A DNA stretch of 64,000 bases from an uncultured Verrucomicrobiae bacterium (GTDB taxonomy: Bacteria; Verrucomicrobiota; Verrucomicrobiia; Chthoniobacterales; UBA10450). The stretch covers positions 640,001 to 704,000 of the forward strand of contig CAWDGJ010000002.1 in NCBI GenBank assembly GCA_963801815.1. Reading direction: 5' to 3'. Position 1 is the first letter of the stretch. The number at the start of each line of letters is the position of its first letter. A model generated the notes under the pieces. The model was not told the origin of the DNA. It was given only the letters and a program-made list of their open reading frames with translations, and did no database searches. Shown here piece after piece: positions 1-9,894 of this stretch. The translations under genes were made by a program, and so were the position numbers.

Positions 1-2
1 GG

Positions 3-212
3 GTCGAGTACACTCAGCAACGGAGTCGTCTGCCGGCGACCGAAAACAGCGATGGTGGCGATGCCTTGCCGGAAACGGAACCAGTTTTTTCCAGCGGCGG
101 ACGTTCCATTCTGCAATGGATGAAAATCGGATTCGCCTTCAGTTTGCCGCTGATCGTTTTCGGATTCATCGCGCTGTTCCTCTTTTTCTGGATGGCGTCA
201 ACGGGCCGGTGA
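3..212 (+). CDS. C-terminal fragment of a membrane protein (gene begins upstream of window)
   Basis: Open frame from the window edge: VEYTQQ...WMKIGFAFSLPLIVFGFIALFLFFWMASTGR*, with a C-terminal hydrophobic helix; stop 6 bp before the next ORF. Confidence 0.6.
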   Translation, partial: VEYTQQRSRLPATENSDGGDALPETEPVFSSGGRSILQWMKIGFAFSLPLIVFGFIALFLFFWMASTGR

Positions 213-218
213 CGCCGC

Positions 219-581
219 ATGCTTCGTCGCTCGCCTAGATCGACCACGCCACTCGATCAAACCAAACAAGAATTGGCGCGCCAGGAATCTGAGCTGCGCG
301 AACAGATGCAGAAACTCGAACGGATGATTGCCGATGCACCGCGCGTGGCCGAGGAAGTGGAAAAGCGTCAGCGCGAAGAGTTACTCATGCGCGCCAGCCA
401 GGGCGGCAGCCGGTTAGACGTTTCGCTAACGCTACAAGATTGGCGCCACGGCGACGCCGGACCGGTAAAGCGGCGCGGATCGCTGCGTAAAGAAAGGCGT
501 GAAGGACGAATCCTTTTTATTGTGCTGGTCATTGCGGTTTTGGTCGCCGCAATTTGGTTACTCAATCATCTTCATTTTTGA
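219..581 (+). CDS. Hypothetical coiled-coil protein with C-terminal membrane anchor
   Basis: E/Q/R-rich helical N-terminus, hydrophobic C-terminus (ILFIVLVIAVLVAAIWLL); 3 bp upstream of gatC. Confidence 0.7.
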   Translation: MLRRSPRSTTPLDQTKQELARQESELREQMQKLERMIADAPRVAEEVEKRQREELLMRASQGGSRLDVSLTLQDWRHGDAGPVKRRGSLRKERREGRILFIVLVIAVLVAAIWLLNHLHF

Positions 582-584
582 GCC

Positions 585-875
585 ATGGCCAAAACAACCG
601 ATCTCGACGTTGCCTATATATCAAAACTCGCGCGGCTGAATCTGAGCGACGAGAAAACCAAGCTTTTTCAAAAACAATTGGCCGACGTTTTAAAATACGC
701 CGAGAAATTGAGCGAAGTCGACGTGAGTCATGTTGAAGCGTCCGCTCACGCCGTTCCAATGTTCAACGTCTTTCGTGAAGACGAGCCGTGCGATTGGTTC
801 ACAGCCGAAGAGGCACTGAGTAACGCGCCGGTTAAAGCAAATCAGCTCTTCGTCGTCACCAAAGTCGTCGAATGA
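585..875 (+). CDS. gatC: Asp/Glu-tRNA amidotransferase subunit C
   Basis: [22 protein letters not shown] motifs; overlaps gatA start. Confidence 0.95.
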   Translation: MAKTTDLDVAYISKLARLNLSDEKTKLFQKQLADVLKYAEKLSEVDVSHVEASAHAVPMFNVFREDEPCDWFTAEEALSNAPVKANQLFVVTKVVE

Positions 876-2341
876 GCCGGTCCGATCTGGCGTCGCTGAC
901 AATCGCCGATTGCCAATCCTGCCTTCGGCGCAAGGAAGTTTCACCGCGCGAAGTGATCGAATCGCTTCGTGCGCGCGTTGAAGAAGTTGAACCGAAGATC
1001 GATGCCTATCTGTCGATCGATTTCGAAGCTGCGCTGAAGGAAGCTGAAAAGGTCGACATAGACCTTCCGCTCGGCGGCGTGCCGATTGCGGTCAAAGACA
1101 TCATCAATGTGAACGGTCAACCGTGCACCTGCGGCTCGCAGATCCTCGAGAACTATCGCTCGCCTTACGACGCAACCGTGATTGAGAAATTGCGCGCGGC
1201 CGGTGCGATTCCGTTGGGAAAAACCAACATGGACGAGTTTGCGATGGGTTCGTCCACCGAAAACTCGAGCTTTAAAGTCACGCACAATCCGTGGGACTTG
1301 TCGCGCGTTCCCGGCGGTTCGAGCGGCGGTTCGGCAGCTGCGGTCGCGGCGGACGCTGCCATCGCTGGACTCGGCACCGACACGGGCGGTTCGATTCGAC
1401 AACCGGCGTCGCTCAGTGGCGTTGTCGGCGTCAAGCCGAGTTACGGCCGCGTTTCGCGCTTCGGATTGACCGCGTTCGCGTCGTCGCTCGATCAAGTCGG
1501 CCCACTTACCAAAACCGTGCGCGACGCGGCGATGATCATGAACGCGATGGCCGGGCATGATCGCCACGATTCAACTTCGCTGCCCGATCCGGTTCCGGAT
1601 TACACAAAAAATCTCGGACGCGATTTGAAGGGCGTTCGATTAGGAGTTCCAAAAGAGTACCGCGTCGAAGGAATCGATCCTTCCGTAAGTTCGGCCGTCA
1701 ACGCGGCGATCAAACAACTGGAGTCGCTCGGCGCCGAAATTGTCGATGTGAGTTTGCCGCATACCGATTGCGGGATCGCAGTTTATTATTTTCTCGCGAC
1801 CGCGGAAGCGTCCGCGAACCTGGCACGTTTCGACGGCGTTCGCTACGGCCATCGCGCCAAGGACCCAAAAGATTTGCTCGATTTTTACGGCCGCACGCGC
1901 GGAGAAGGTTTTGGTGCGGAAGTGAAACGGCGAATCATCCTCGGCACCTATGTTTTAAGCTCCGGGTATTACGACGCCTATTATGTGCGCGCGCAGAAAG
2001 TCCGCGAGCTGATCCGCCAGGATTTCGTCAAGGCGTTCGAAAAGGTCGACGCGATTGTATCGCCGACCTCGCCGGTACCGGCATTCAAAATCGGTGAACG
2101 TACTGAAGATCCGCTGGCGATGTATCTGGCCGACATTTTTACGGCCACCGCAAATCTGGCGGGCATCTGCGGGATCAGCATTCCGTGCGGGTTTGCAAAA
2201 GTGAACAGCAGCCAGCTACCAATCGGCTTGCAGATTCTGGGCAAATCGCTCGACGAAGCGCGCATTTTCCAAATCGCGCACGCCTACGAGCAAAGCACCG
2301 ACTGGCACAAAGCGCGATCGCCGATCGCGAAACTCCAATAA
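872..2341 (+). CDS. gatA: Asp/Glu-tRNA amidotransferase subunit A
   Basis: Amidase signature [44 protein letters not shown]. Confidence 0.98.
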   Translation: MSRSDLASLTIADCQSCLRRKEVSPREVIESLRARVEEVEPKIDAYLSIDFEAALKEAEKVDIDLPLGGVPIAVKDIINVNGQPCTCGSQILENYRSPYDATVIEKLRAAGAIPLGKTNMDEFAMGSSTENSSFKVTHNPWDLSRVPGGSSGGSAAAVAADAAIAGLGTDTGGSIRQPASLSGVVGVKPSYGRVSRFGLTAFASSLDQVGPLTKTVRDAAMIMNAMAGHDRHDSTSLPDPVPDYTKNLGRDLKGVRLGVPKEYRVEGIDPSVSSAVNAAIKQLESLGAEIVDVSLPHTDCGIAVYYFLATAEASANLARFDGVRYGHRAKDPKDLLDFYGRTRGEGFGAEVKRRIILGTYVLSSGYYDAYYVRAQKVRELIRQDFVKAFEKVDAIVSPTSPVPAFKIGERTEDPLAMYLADIFTATANLAGICGISIPCGFAKVNSSQLPIGLQILGKSLDEARIFQIAHAYEQSTDWHKARSPIAKLQ

Positions 2342-2367
2342 CCAAAGCCCAGACCCCAAATTGAGAG

Positions 2368-2440
<73 letters not shown>

Positions 2441-2487
2441 GATTGGGCGGCAAAGATTACATTCATTGCAGCTGCGGACAAGCGCGA

Positions 2488-3435
2488 CTAATCCGGCAAG
2501 ACAAACGTCTCGCCGATTTCGCGGAGGGCGATTCGGTCCGGCTGATCACGAAGCGCGACTTCAAAGCGCTCGATCGGTTCGCGAAACGGCTCGAAGCTCA
2601 GTCGGAAAGTCTGGTGATGAATCGGCATGATGAATCTGGCGCCGGCGTCGTTCGCCATCTGGATCGCCTGCTCGGGATCCGCGTGCGTTCGGATCCATGG
2701 GTTGTAGGCAGCGATCGAAAAGACTGCAAGATCGACGGGGCCGTGTTGCCGCACTTCAACAAATTGATCGGTGAACGCGGTGTCGCCGCCGAAAAGGATG
2801 CGGCGATCGTCACGTTCGATTAGATAGGCATTGTAACCGCGGTAGTCGTCATGCTGCATGCGTGCACCCCAATGTCGCACTGGCAGAGCGGTGATCTTGA
2901 TAATACCGGCCGCGGTCTCAATCGATCTGCTTTCGCTCCATTCCAATTCAGTGATGTCGCGAAGCCGCGTCCAGTTTAACAAATCGCGGGTATTTCGAGC
3001 GGTGATCACTTTTGTCGATCGGCCAAATTTCCGGAGCGTGTGGCAATCGACGTGATCGAAGTGCGCGTGCGAGAGGAGAATGATGTCGATTGTCGGAAGC
3101 TCATCGAGCGTCAGCGCAGGCGCGGTTAAACGTTTCGGGCCAATCGTGAACAGAAATGGGATTCGGATTCCAATGCGCGAAAAAAGGACGGGGTCTGTCA
3201 AAATCGTAATGCCGAAGAAATTAATCAGGACGGTTGCGTGTCCAAGCCAGGCCACGGTGATTTGCAGATCGCTCCATTTGGCGGGATTGGGTTTGGCGAA
3301 GGCCGGCTTAATCGGTTGCCAGCTCTTCAGAATTGCTTCCCGCCACAAATAAGAAGCCCAGCGGCGAACGCGTCGGTTTCGATAACTCGGCTTTACCGAT
3401 ACCTGTTTTGATTCAGTCCCGATGCGCACTCCCAT
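2488..3435 (-). CDS. MBL-fold metallo-hydrolase (NAPE-PLD/RomA-like)
   Basis: WLGHAT, TDPV, SHAHFDH, GGDT, PIHH motifs. Confidence 0.9.
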   Translation of the reverse strand: MGVRIGTESKQVSVKPSYRNRRVRRWASYLWREAILKSWQPIKPAFAKPNPAKWSDLQITVAWLGHATVLINFFGITILTDPVLFSRIGIRIPFLFTIGPKRLTAPALTLDELPTIDIILLSHAHFDHVDCHTLRKFGRSTKVITARNTRDLLNWTRLRDITELEWSESRSIETAAGIIKITALPVRHWGARMQHDDYRGYNAYLIERDDRRILFGGDTAFTDQFVEVRQHGPVDLAVFSIAAYNPWIRTHADPEQAIQMANDAGARFIMPIHHQTFRLSFEPFREPIERFEVALRDQPDRIALREIGETFVLPD

Positions 3436-3608
3436 TAGAAGACCAATGCTGTCATCTCCCTCTGTTCGCTACTGCGATTGCGAAAAGTCCTGTGCATAAG
3501 GCGAGGCCGCACAATTCAATCAGGCTGGTCATTTTTACGGCCGATTGTTGAACGGACTCACTCATCCCCTGTCGAAGGCAGATCGATGCAGCTGTTCTGA
3601 CTTGATAA

Positions 3609-4757
3609 ATGGCCGAACGCACGGGAAAAAATATCGGGATCGTCGGGGGCGGCATCGGGGGAATTGCGGCGGCAGTCGCTCTTCATCAAATCGGCGCAGA
3701 CGTGTCGGTTTACGAACGCGCGGTCGAGCTTCGCGAGGTCGGCGCGGGAATGATGCTTTGGCCGAATGCCACGCGGGTTTTGCGCGAACTCGGATTGCTC
3801 GAACAGGTCGTGGCGCGCAGCGGCCGCAATGCGCATTTTCTCGTTCGCAAAAGCACAGGCAAAATCTTGATGAGCATTGCGCTGGGACAATTTGAAGTCC
3901 CGGCGGTTTGCATGCGCCGCGCCGATCTCTTGTCGATTTTGTTAAGCGCGCTGCCGAAGGAATGTCTGCGCCTGGGCTGTGAGTTCGAGCGGCTGAAACA
4001 ATCGAACAGTAAAGTTCGCCTCTACTTTAAAGATGGTCAGGAGGCCGAGCATGACGCAGTTATCGGCGCTGACGGCATTCGGTCCCGGATCCGGGCGCAG
4101 CTGTTCGGGATCTCAGATCCGATTTATCGCGGATACACGGTCTGGCGCGGTCTTGCTGCATATGACGGCCATGCGACCACGCCAGGATTCAACAGCGAGT
4201 CGTGGGGCAAAGGAATGCGCTTCGGAATTCTCAATACCGGCCACCGGCGATTTACCTGGTACGCGACCGCCAATGTTACAGGGCATCATCTCGACTCAAC
4301 TTCCGACCGAAAGCGTGAGCTTCAGCAATTGTTCTCCGGCTGGCACGAGCCAGTGGCAGATTTCTTGGAAGCCACTCCCGAAAGCGAAATCTTAAAGAAT
4401 GGGGCGCGCGACTGTGCGCCGCTTAAACAATGGGGCAAGGGATTGGTAACGTTACTGGGAGATGCGGCGCATCCGTGCACGCCAAATCTCGGCCAAGGGG
4501 GCTGCATGGCGCTGGAGGACGCTCTAGTTTTGGCCAAAAGCATAAAGAACGAAACATCTCTGCGGCCGGCGCTGCGTCGCTATGAATCGCGGCGAATCAA
4601 TCGAACCAGGCACATTCAGCAGCGATCGCTTTTAATGGGGCAGATCGGTCAGTGGCAAAACCCGATCTTCGTAACCGGACGACACATCGTGACGCGCATG
4701 CTCCCAGCAAAAATATTCGAGCGCAACTTGCGCAGGGTCTACTCTTATCAAACGTGA
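3609..4757 (+). CDS. FAD-dependent monooxygenase (group A; salicylate hydroxylase/zeaxanthin epoxidase-like)
   Basis: GGGIGG Rossmann motif, GADGIRS, LLGDAAH-x-PNLGQGG. Confidence 0.93.
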   Translation: MAERTGKNIGIVGGGIGGIAAAVALHQIGADVSVYERAVELREVGAGMMLWPNATRVLRELGLLEQVVARSGRNAHFLVRKSTGKILMSIALGQFEVPAVCMRRADLLSILLSALPKECLRLGCEFERLKQSNSKVRLYFKDGQEAEHDAVIGADGIRSRIRAQLFGISDPIYRGYTVWRGLAAYDGHATTPGFNSESWGKGMRFGILNTGHRRFTWYATANVTGHHLDSTSDRKRELQQLFSGWHEPVADFLEATPESEILKNGARDCAPLKQWGKGLVTLLGDAAHPCTPNLGQGGCMALEDALVLAKSIKNETSLRPALRRYESRRINRTRHIQQRSLLMGQIGQWQNPIFVTGRHIVTRMLPAKIFERNLRRVYSYQT

Positions 4758-4762
4758 CTACC

Positions 4763-5603
4763 ATGCGCACCGCGGTGAGCGCCTTGTTGATTTTTGGGGC
4801 TCTGATCGGAACGGCGTTTGCCGATGATTCCAATCTCAAATCGGACGAAGTGTATTCGGCGTGGCTGCAGATGTACGATTTAAAATTCGACGAAGCGCAT
4901 CGTGAGTTGGCTCGTTGGCAGGAAGCGCACCCGGATGATTCACTTGGCCCCGCTTCGGATGCCGCTGCCTATTTGTTTTCGGAATTAACGCGCTTGGGTT
5001 CTCTCGAATCCGCACTCTTTGTCGACGACAACCGTTTCAAGAATCGAAAGACCCTGAATCCGGACCCGCAAATAAAGGCTTCGTTCGACGATCGAATCGA
5101 CCAGGCGGATCGGCTTGCAGACTTAACGCTTCAGAAATCGAACACCGATGCTCGCGCTCTTTTTGCTAAGACCCTAACCCACGGACTTCGCGCCGATTAT
5201 GTCGCATTGATCGACGGACGCGGAGTGAAAGCGTTGTCGTACACAAAGGCGGGTCGTATTTACGCCGAAAGATTGCTGGCCGCAGACTCGCAAGCGTTCG
5301 ATGCCTATCTCGGGCCAGGAGTTGAGAATTACTTACTTGAGTCTAAAACCGATTGCATTGCGCGTCCTGCTTCGACTGACTGGTTCGCAAGTCGATCGGG
5401 AAGTGGGACTCGAAAAATTACAAAAGACCGCGCTGCAAGGATACTATCTGGAGCCGTTCGCGAAACTGCTGCTAGCTGTGGCCGCGTTACGCGATGGCCA
5501 CCCTGAAAAGGCGCGCGAGATCCTCGCCGAGCTGCATCAACGCTTTCCCGATAATGAACTCTACACGCTCGAGTTGAGCCGACTCGCGACCACGACGCAG
5601 TAA
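4763..5603 (+). CDS. Exported TPR-like helical protein; frameshift near 5335
   Basis: Signal peptide MRTAVSALLIFGALIGTAFA; ORFs 4652..5506 and 5301..5603 join at DAYLGPGVENY/LSLKP; ends FPDNELY. Confidence 0.7.
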
Positions 5604-5605
5604 AC

Positions 5606-6457
5606 ATGACCACCTCGCCACAATTTGATGTCGATATCGTCGAGATCCGGAAGCATTACGATCGTCTGTCGCGTTTCTATCGAATGCTGTGGGGCGAACA
5701 TCTTCATCATGGCTACTGGGAAAACGGAGAATCGATCGAACGCGCTCAGGTAAAATTAATGGAACAACTGGCCGAGAGGGCCCGAATTCCACGCGGCGCC
5801 CAAGTGCTGGATATTGGGTGCGGGCTCGGTGGCTCGGCGTTTTGGTTGGCGGATCAATACGATTGTCGCGTTACCGGGTTTACGATCAGTCCAGTTCAAG
5901 CGCGAATGGCGACCAAAAAAGCGAAAGCGAAGCACCTGGCCGATCGGGTTCAATTCGTGGTGACCGATGCAAATGCGTGGCAACCAAGGCCTGAAAGCGC
6001 AGAAGTCGTCTGGATCATGGAGAGCAGCGAACACTTTCGAGACAAGAAGAGCTTCTTCCAGCGATGCGCCATCGCATTGAAACCTGGCGGCGTCCTTGCA
6101 GTATGTGCATGGCTACGCGGAGAACAGTCCGCGTCAGACAAAGATCGGGAATTGGTCGCAACCATTGGACGGGCCATGTTCAGCGCAAGTCTGGATACGC
6201 TCAGCCATTACGCGGCCTGGATGCGTGAAGCGAACCTGACGGTTGAAACCGCAATCGATATCACGAAAAACGTAGCTCCAACTTGGGAACATTGTTTCGG
6301 AATGGCGCGGCGCTTGAAATTGAACTGGCTGGTGCATCTCGCCGACGCTCCGACGCAGCGCTTCGTCCAATCTTTTCCACTTATGACCCAGGCCTACGCC
6401 ACCGGAGCAATGGCGTTCGGCCTATTCGTTGCTAGAAAGTCGCCATCTAACGGATAA
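5606..6457 (+). CDS. Class I SAM-dependent methyltransferase (tocopherol/sterol MT-like)
   Basis: WGEHLHHGYW, VLDIGCGLGGS, MESSEH, LKPGG. Confidence 0.9.
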   Translation: MTTSPQFDVDIVEIRKHYDRLSRFYRMLWGEHLHHGYWENGESIERAQVKLMEQLAERARIPRGAQVLDIGCGLGGSAFWLADQYDCRVTGFTISPVQARMATKKAKAKHLADRVQFVVTDANAWQPRPESAEVVWIMESSEHFRDKKSFFQRCAIALKPGGVLAVCAWLRGEQSASDKDRELVATIGRAMFSASLDTLSHYAAWMREANLTVETAIDITKNVAPTWEHCFGMARRLKLNWLVHLADAPTQRFVQSFPLMTQAYATGAMAFGLFVARKSPSNG

Positions 6458-6472
6458 CTATTCCAGCTGAAA

Positions 6473-7243
6473 ATGAATCGGTTGGAAGGAATTTTGCAAG
6501 CGAAACGCAACGAGATTGCGCGGTTGCGGCCGCGTCGCACGGAATTGGATCGGCAAGCGCTCGCACGAACGGATTTTCGCAGCTTTCAATCCGCCCTGCA
6601 GCAAGACAACGAAAAGATCGCGGTGATCGCCGAGGTAAAAAAAGCTTCCCCTTCCGCGGGAGTTATCGCGAAGTCGTTCGAGCCGGTCGAGATCGCCGAG
6701 GATTACGAACTGAATGGGGCCAACGCGATTTCAGTTTTGACCGATGCAGAGTTCTTTCAAGGAAAACTGGAGGACCTCGTAAATGTACGAGGTAACGTTT
6801 CACTGCCTGTGCTTCGGAAGGATTTCATTTTGGATGAAATTCAGATCGCCGAGTCGGTGGCAAACGGCGCGGACGCCATTTTGTTGATTGTGGCAGCACT
6901 GGAACAATCGCAACTTGTCGATCTCCTGAAATCGGCGGCAGAATACAAAGTCGCCACACTTGTTGAGGTTCACACTCAAAAAGAACTGCATCGGGCACTC
7001 GAAGCCGGCGCGAAGATCATGGGAATCAACAATCGCAATCTCGCCACTTTCGAGGTTGATCTCGGCGTCACCGAAAGTTTGTGTCGCGAAGTTCCCGATG
7101 AAGTCACGCTGGTGAGTGAAAGTGGAATCAAGACCTCACAAGACGTCGCGCGTCTGAAAGCGTGCGGCATAGACGCGATCCTGGTCGGCGAAGCGCTGAT
7201 GCGCGGCCAAGTCTCGATCGAAGAGCTGCGCGCTGCGGATTGA
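6473..7243 (+). CDS. trpC: Indole-3-glycerol phosphate synthase
   Basis: IAEVKKASPS, SVLTD, LRKDF, GINNRNL, SESGI. Confidence 0.97.
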   Translation: MNRLEGILQAKRNEIARLRPRRTELDRQALARTDFRSFQSALQQDNEKIAVIAEVKKASPSAGVIAKSFEPVEIAEDYELNGANAISVLTDAEFFQGKLEDLVNVRGNVSLPVLRKDFILDEIQIAESVANGADAILLIVAALEQSQLVDLLKSAAEYKVATLVEVHTQKELHRALEAGAKIMGINNRNLATFEVDLGVTESLCREVPDEVTLVSESGIKTSQDVARLKACGIDAILVGEALMRGQVSIEELRAAD

Positions 7244-7304
7244 ATTGTCGATTGCTTGCGTAAACTCGACCGTTTAAAGCGGTCAAGTTTTGGTCAGCGC
7301 AGCA

Positions 7305-8189
7305 TCACGATTTCCGGGTTGCGAAAGCGCGCCGGATTGATCGCCAAAAGCCGCGCGGCTTGGCAACTGCGCCGGCGCGCGCAACCAGCACGGGGCAGTT
7401 GGCATGATTCAAAATTGTGCGCGTGAGATCGCCCATGATGTAATGCCGCAACATCCCACGAGCCCGGGACGAGCCTGTGACGATTAAATCGTAATTTTGC
7501 TCGCGCGCTTCGGTGAAAACCTGATCGATGACGATACCGTGACGGATCCTCACTTCCGTGGGCACGCCGCCTTTCTCCAAGTCCAATTTTTGCTGGCACA
7601 AATTCATTCCGAGCTCCGATTTCGACGCGAGTAAGCGATCGACATCTTCTTCGAGCCGGACTAGATCGGCGTACATTGCGGGCGGTTCGGCCATGACATG
7701 CAGCAACGTCACGGAAGCGCCGACGGCCCCGGCTAGTTTGCCGGTCAGTTGCACTGCCTCTTCGATGAATTCCTTTCCACCAGTGCAAACCAGAAAACGT
7801 TTGAGCTGTGCCCACTCTCCCACGGCCACCAAAACCGGCGGCGAGATGGCTTTGATCAGCTCGTACATCGTTTCTGACCGCCAATGCAAACCAGTCGCGC
7901 CGGTTTTCCTCGCGCCAACAATCACCAAATCGTACTTAACTTTTGTCGTTTCGTTTGAAATCTGACGAACCGGATCGCCTGCGCACATCTGGATCTTCGG
8001 CGACACACTTTGCGCCCGCAGCGAGTCGACTTGTTTTTCCAGCGCCTGTTGCAGCGCAGATTCGTCTTCGGGTTTTTCGGCAACGCCGAGCACGACAACA
8101 TCCGCTTTAAGGGGCGCGGCGAACGCTGCGCCGAGACGGATGGCACTCTCGGCGGCGGGCATTCCATCGCTGCAAATCAACATTTTCAT
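7305..8189 (-). CDS. Tandem universal stress protein
   Basis: Two Usp domains (YDLVIVG...PVLV; YDLIVTGS...CPVLV). Confidence 0.9.
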   Translation of the reverse strand: MKMLICSDGMPAAESAIRLGAAFAAPLKADVVVLGVAEKPEDESALQQALEKQVDSLRAQSVSPKIQMCAGDPVRQISNETTKVKYDLVIVGARKTGATGLHWRSETMYELIKAISPPVLVAVGEWAQLKRFLVCTGGKEFIEEAVQLTGKLAGAVGASVTLLHVMAEPPAMYADLVRLEEDVDRLLASKSELGMNLCQQKLDLEKGGVPTEVRIRHGIVIDQVFTEAREQNYDLIVTGSSRARGMLRHYIMGDLTRTILNHANCPVLVARAGAVAKPRGFWRSIRRAFATRKS

Positions 8190-8195
8190 GCGGCG

Positions 8196-9098
8196 TTACA
8201 ATTTGTGTCCAGTCATCAACGTGTAAATCACAATAGCCGCACCGATTAACGGCAGCGGCACGAAGGCGAGCCGGATTTTCGGACCGGCGAAATATTGAGT
8301 TGAGATCGCGCCTATCTGCGCGCCCACGGCCGCGCCGGTGTTCATGACAAGGGCGATCAGGATGTCGACGTTACCTTTGATGGCGTGAGTGAACGTTCCG
8401 TAGCTTGCTGAAATAATAATCTCGAACAAATCAGTTCCGACTGCGAGATGAGTTGGAATCCCGAGGACGTACACCATGGAGGGCATTCGGATGTAGCCCG
8501 CGCCCCCACCGAGAAAACCGCCGAACAGTCCGCCAATGAACGCCACCACCAGGATGACCCAAAACGAAACCGTCACTCCGGAAACGGGTAAATCCACCAT
8601 CGGCCAAATCTTGAAGCGCTGAATTCCGCGGGCGAAATGGCCAAATTCAGAATGATCCTCCTTCGCTTTTTTGCCGCGCCCGCTGGACGACTTCAGAGTC
8701 TTGTGGCTCTCCCAAACCATGAACGTGGAAATGCTGAGATAAACCACGATCGAAACAATGCTGACAACGAAGTTTACGTTACCCGCACGCTTCAGGACCT
8801 GAATTAGTTGCGCGCCGATTTCCGCGCCGCCAATCGTGCCGACCGCCATGATCAATCCGAGTTTAAGATCGACATTCCCCAGTGCGCGGTGGCGTTTGGC
8901 CGCAACGACTGATTTACCTACGATGTGCGCCAAGTCTGTGCCAACGGCAAAGTTCCAATCGAGTCCGACCGCTCGCAGTGCCGGTCCCGCGATGAAACTG
9001 CCGCCGACGCCAAAAAATCCGCCGAGGATCCCAATCAAAAACCCGATCAGCGCGAGATAAATTGGGCTGATGTGCGCGCCAGAGATCGGAAAGGGCAT
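8196..9098 (-). CDS. TauE/SafE (TSUP) family membrane transporter
   Basis: GFFGVGGSF, AVGTDL repeated in both halves, multiple TM helices. Confidence 0.9.
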   Translation of the reverse strand: MPFPISGAHISPIYLALIGFLIGILGGFFGVGGSFIAGPALRAVGLDWNFAVGTDLAHIVGKSVVAAKRHRALGNVDLKLGLIMAVGTIGGAEIGAQLIQVLKRAGNVNFVVSIVSIVVYLSISTFMVWESHKTLKSSSGRGKKAKEDHSEFGHFARGIQRFKIWPMVDLPVSGVTVSFWVILVVAFIGGLFGGFLGGGAGYIRMPSMVYVLGIPTHLAVGTDLFEIIISASYGTFTHAIKGNVDILIALVMNTGAAVGAQIGAISTQYFAGPKIRLAFVPLPLIGAAIVIYTLMTGHKL

Positions 9099-9100
9099 AA

Positions 9101-9352
9101 TTATTCAGAGCGACCGCGGAGCATTCGCAAAAGAAATGTGGTCACACTCTCCAGCACCACCGCCTGGCCGATGATCAGGAGAATTGCGATTATCGCGTAA
9201 GTGTAACGATGGTGGGTCTCGAGCCGATAAAGCCACCCGCCGAGGAAATGGAGGACCAGAAAGAAATAAGCCACGACCAGCGCCGCGTACACAACCAACT
9301 CGATAGAAAATGCTCGAAGAGTCTTGGCTGTTTCCTTTTTCATTCGTTCCAC
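9101..9352 (-). CDS. Small two-TM membrane protein, first gene of the TauE-Usp operon
   Basis: Two hydrophobic segments; 2 bp from TauE start. Confidence 0.75.
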   Translation of the reverse strand: MERMKKETAKTLRAFSIELVVYAALVVAYFFLVLHFLGGWLYRLETHHRYTYAIIAILLIIGQAVVLESVTTFLLRMLRGRSE

Positions 9353-9465
9353 ATTCTTCGCTTCGGAGCGCGTTTACGGCCGGGTCTGATTGTTCAAGAG
9401 GTCAAATCCCGTTGCACGTCCATTCGTTTATCCTTAACGTTTCGATCTCACTGAACGAGATAAAT

Positions 9466-9699
9466 ATGGCCGACGCGGCAAATAAATATCCCGAAAACGC
9501 TCCCGGAAAATTCTACGTCGACGAACAATGCATCGATTGTGATTTGTGCCGCGAGACGGCACCGGCCAATTTCAAACGTAACGATGACGGCGGGCATTCC
9601 TACGTTTACAAGCAACCGGAGAATCCGGAAGAAGAAGCTGTTTGCAAGGAAGCAATGGAGGGTTGTCCGGTCGAAGCGATCGGTAACGACGGGTCGTGA
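9466..9699 (+). CDS. Ferredoxin (single 4Fe-4S/3Fe-4S cluster)
   Basis: CIDCDLC...GCPVEAIG; start MADAANKY. Confidence 0.93.
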   Translation: MADAANKYPENAPGKFYVDEQCIDCDLCRETAPANFKRNDDGGHSYVYKQPENPEEEAVCKEAMEGCPVEAIGNDGS

Positions 9700-9710
9700 C
9701 CGCTGCGCGG

Positions 9711-9844
9711 AAACACCAAGCAACAAACTCCAAATCCCAAGGAAACTCTAACTCCAAACGGCTAAACGAGAGACACGGTTTTGAGGTTGGGCGGTTGAAT
9801 TTTGGGATTTTGTTGGGGTTTGGTGCTTGGGGTTTTGTGCTTTG
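9711..9844. repeat. Inverted array of degenerate heptamers
   Basis: AAACACC/AAGCAAC/AAACTCC/AAATCCC... followed by complementary ...TTGGGGT/TTGGTGC/TTGGGGT/TTTGTGC. Confidence 0.8.
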
Positions 9845-9894
9845 ATGACAGAATTTGTATCGTGAGCCCATCGGGAAAAATCACCCGGCATCTA

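Noticed and set aside
9700..9894. TPP riboswitch upstream of thiD
   Set aside because: No CTGAGA/conserved TPP core visible; region is occupied by the heptamer inverted array
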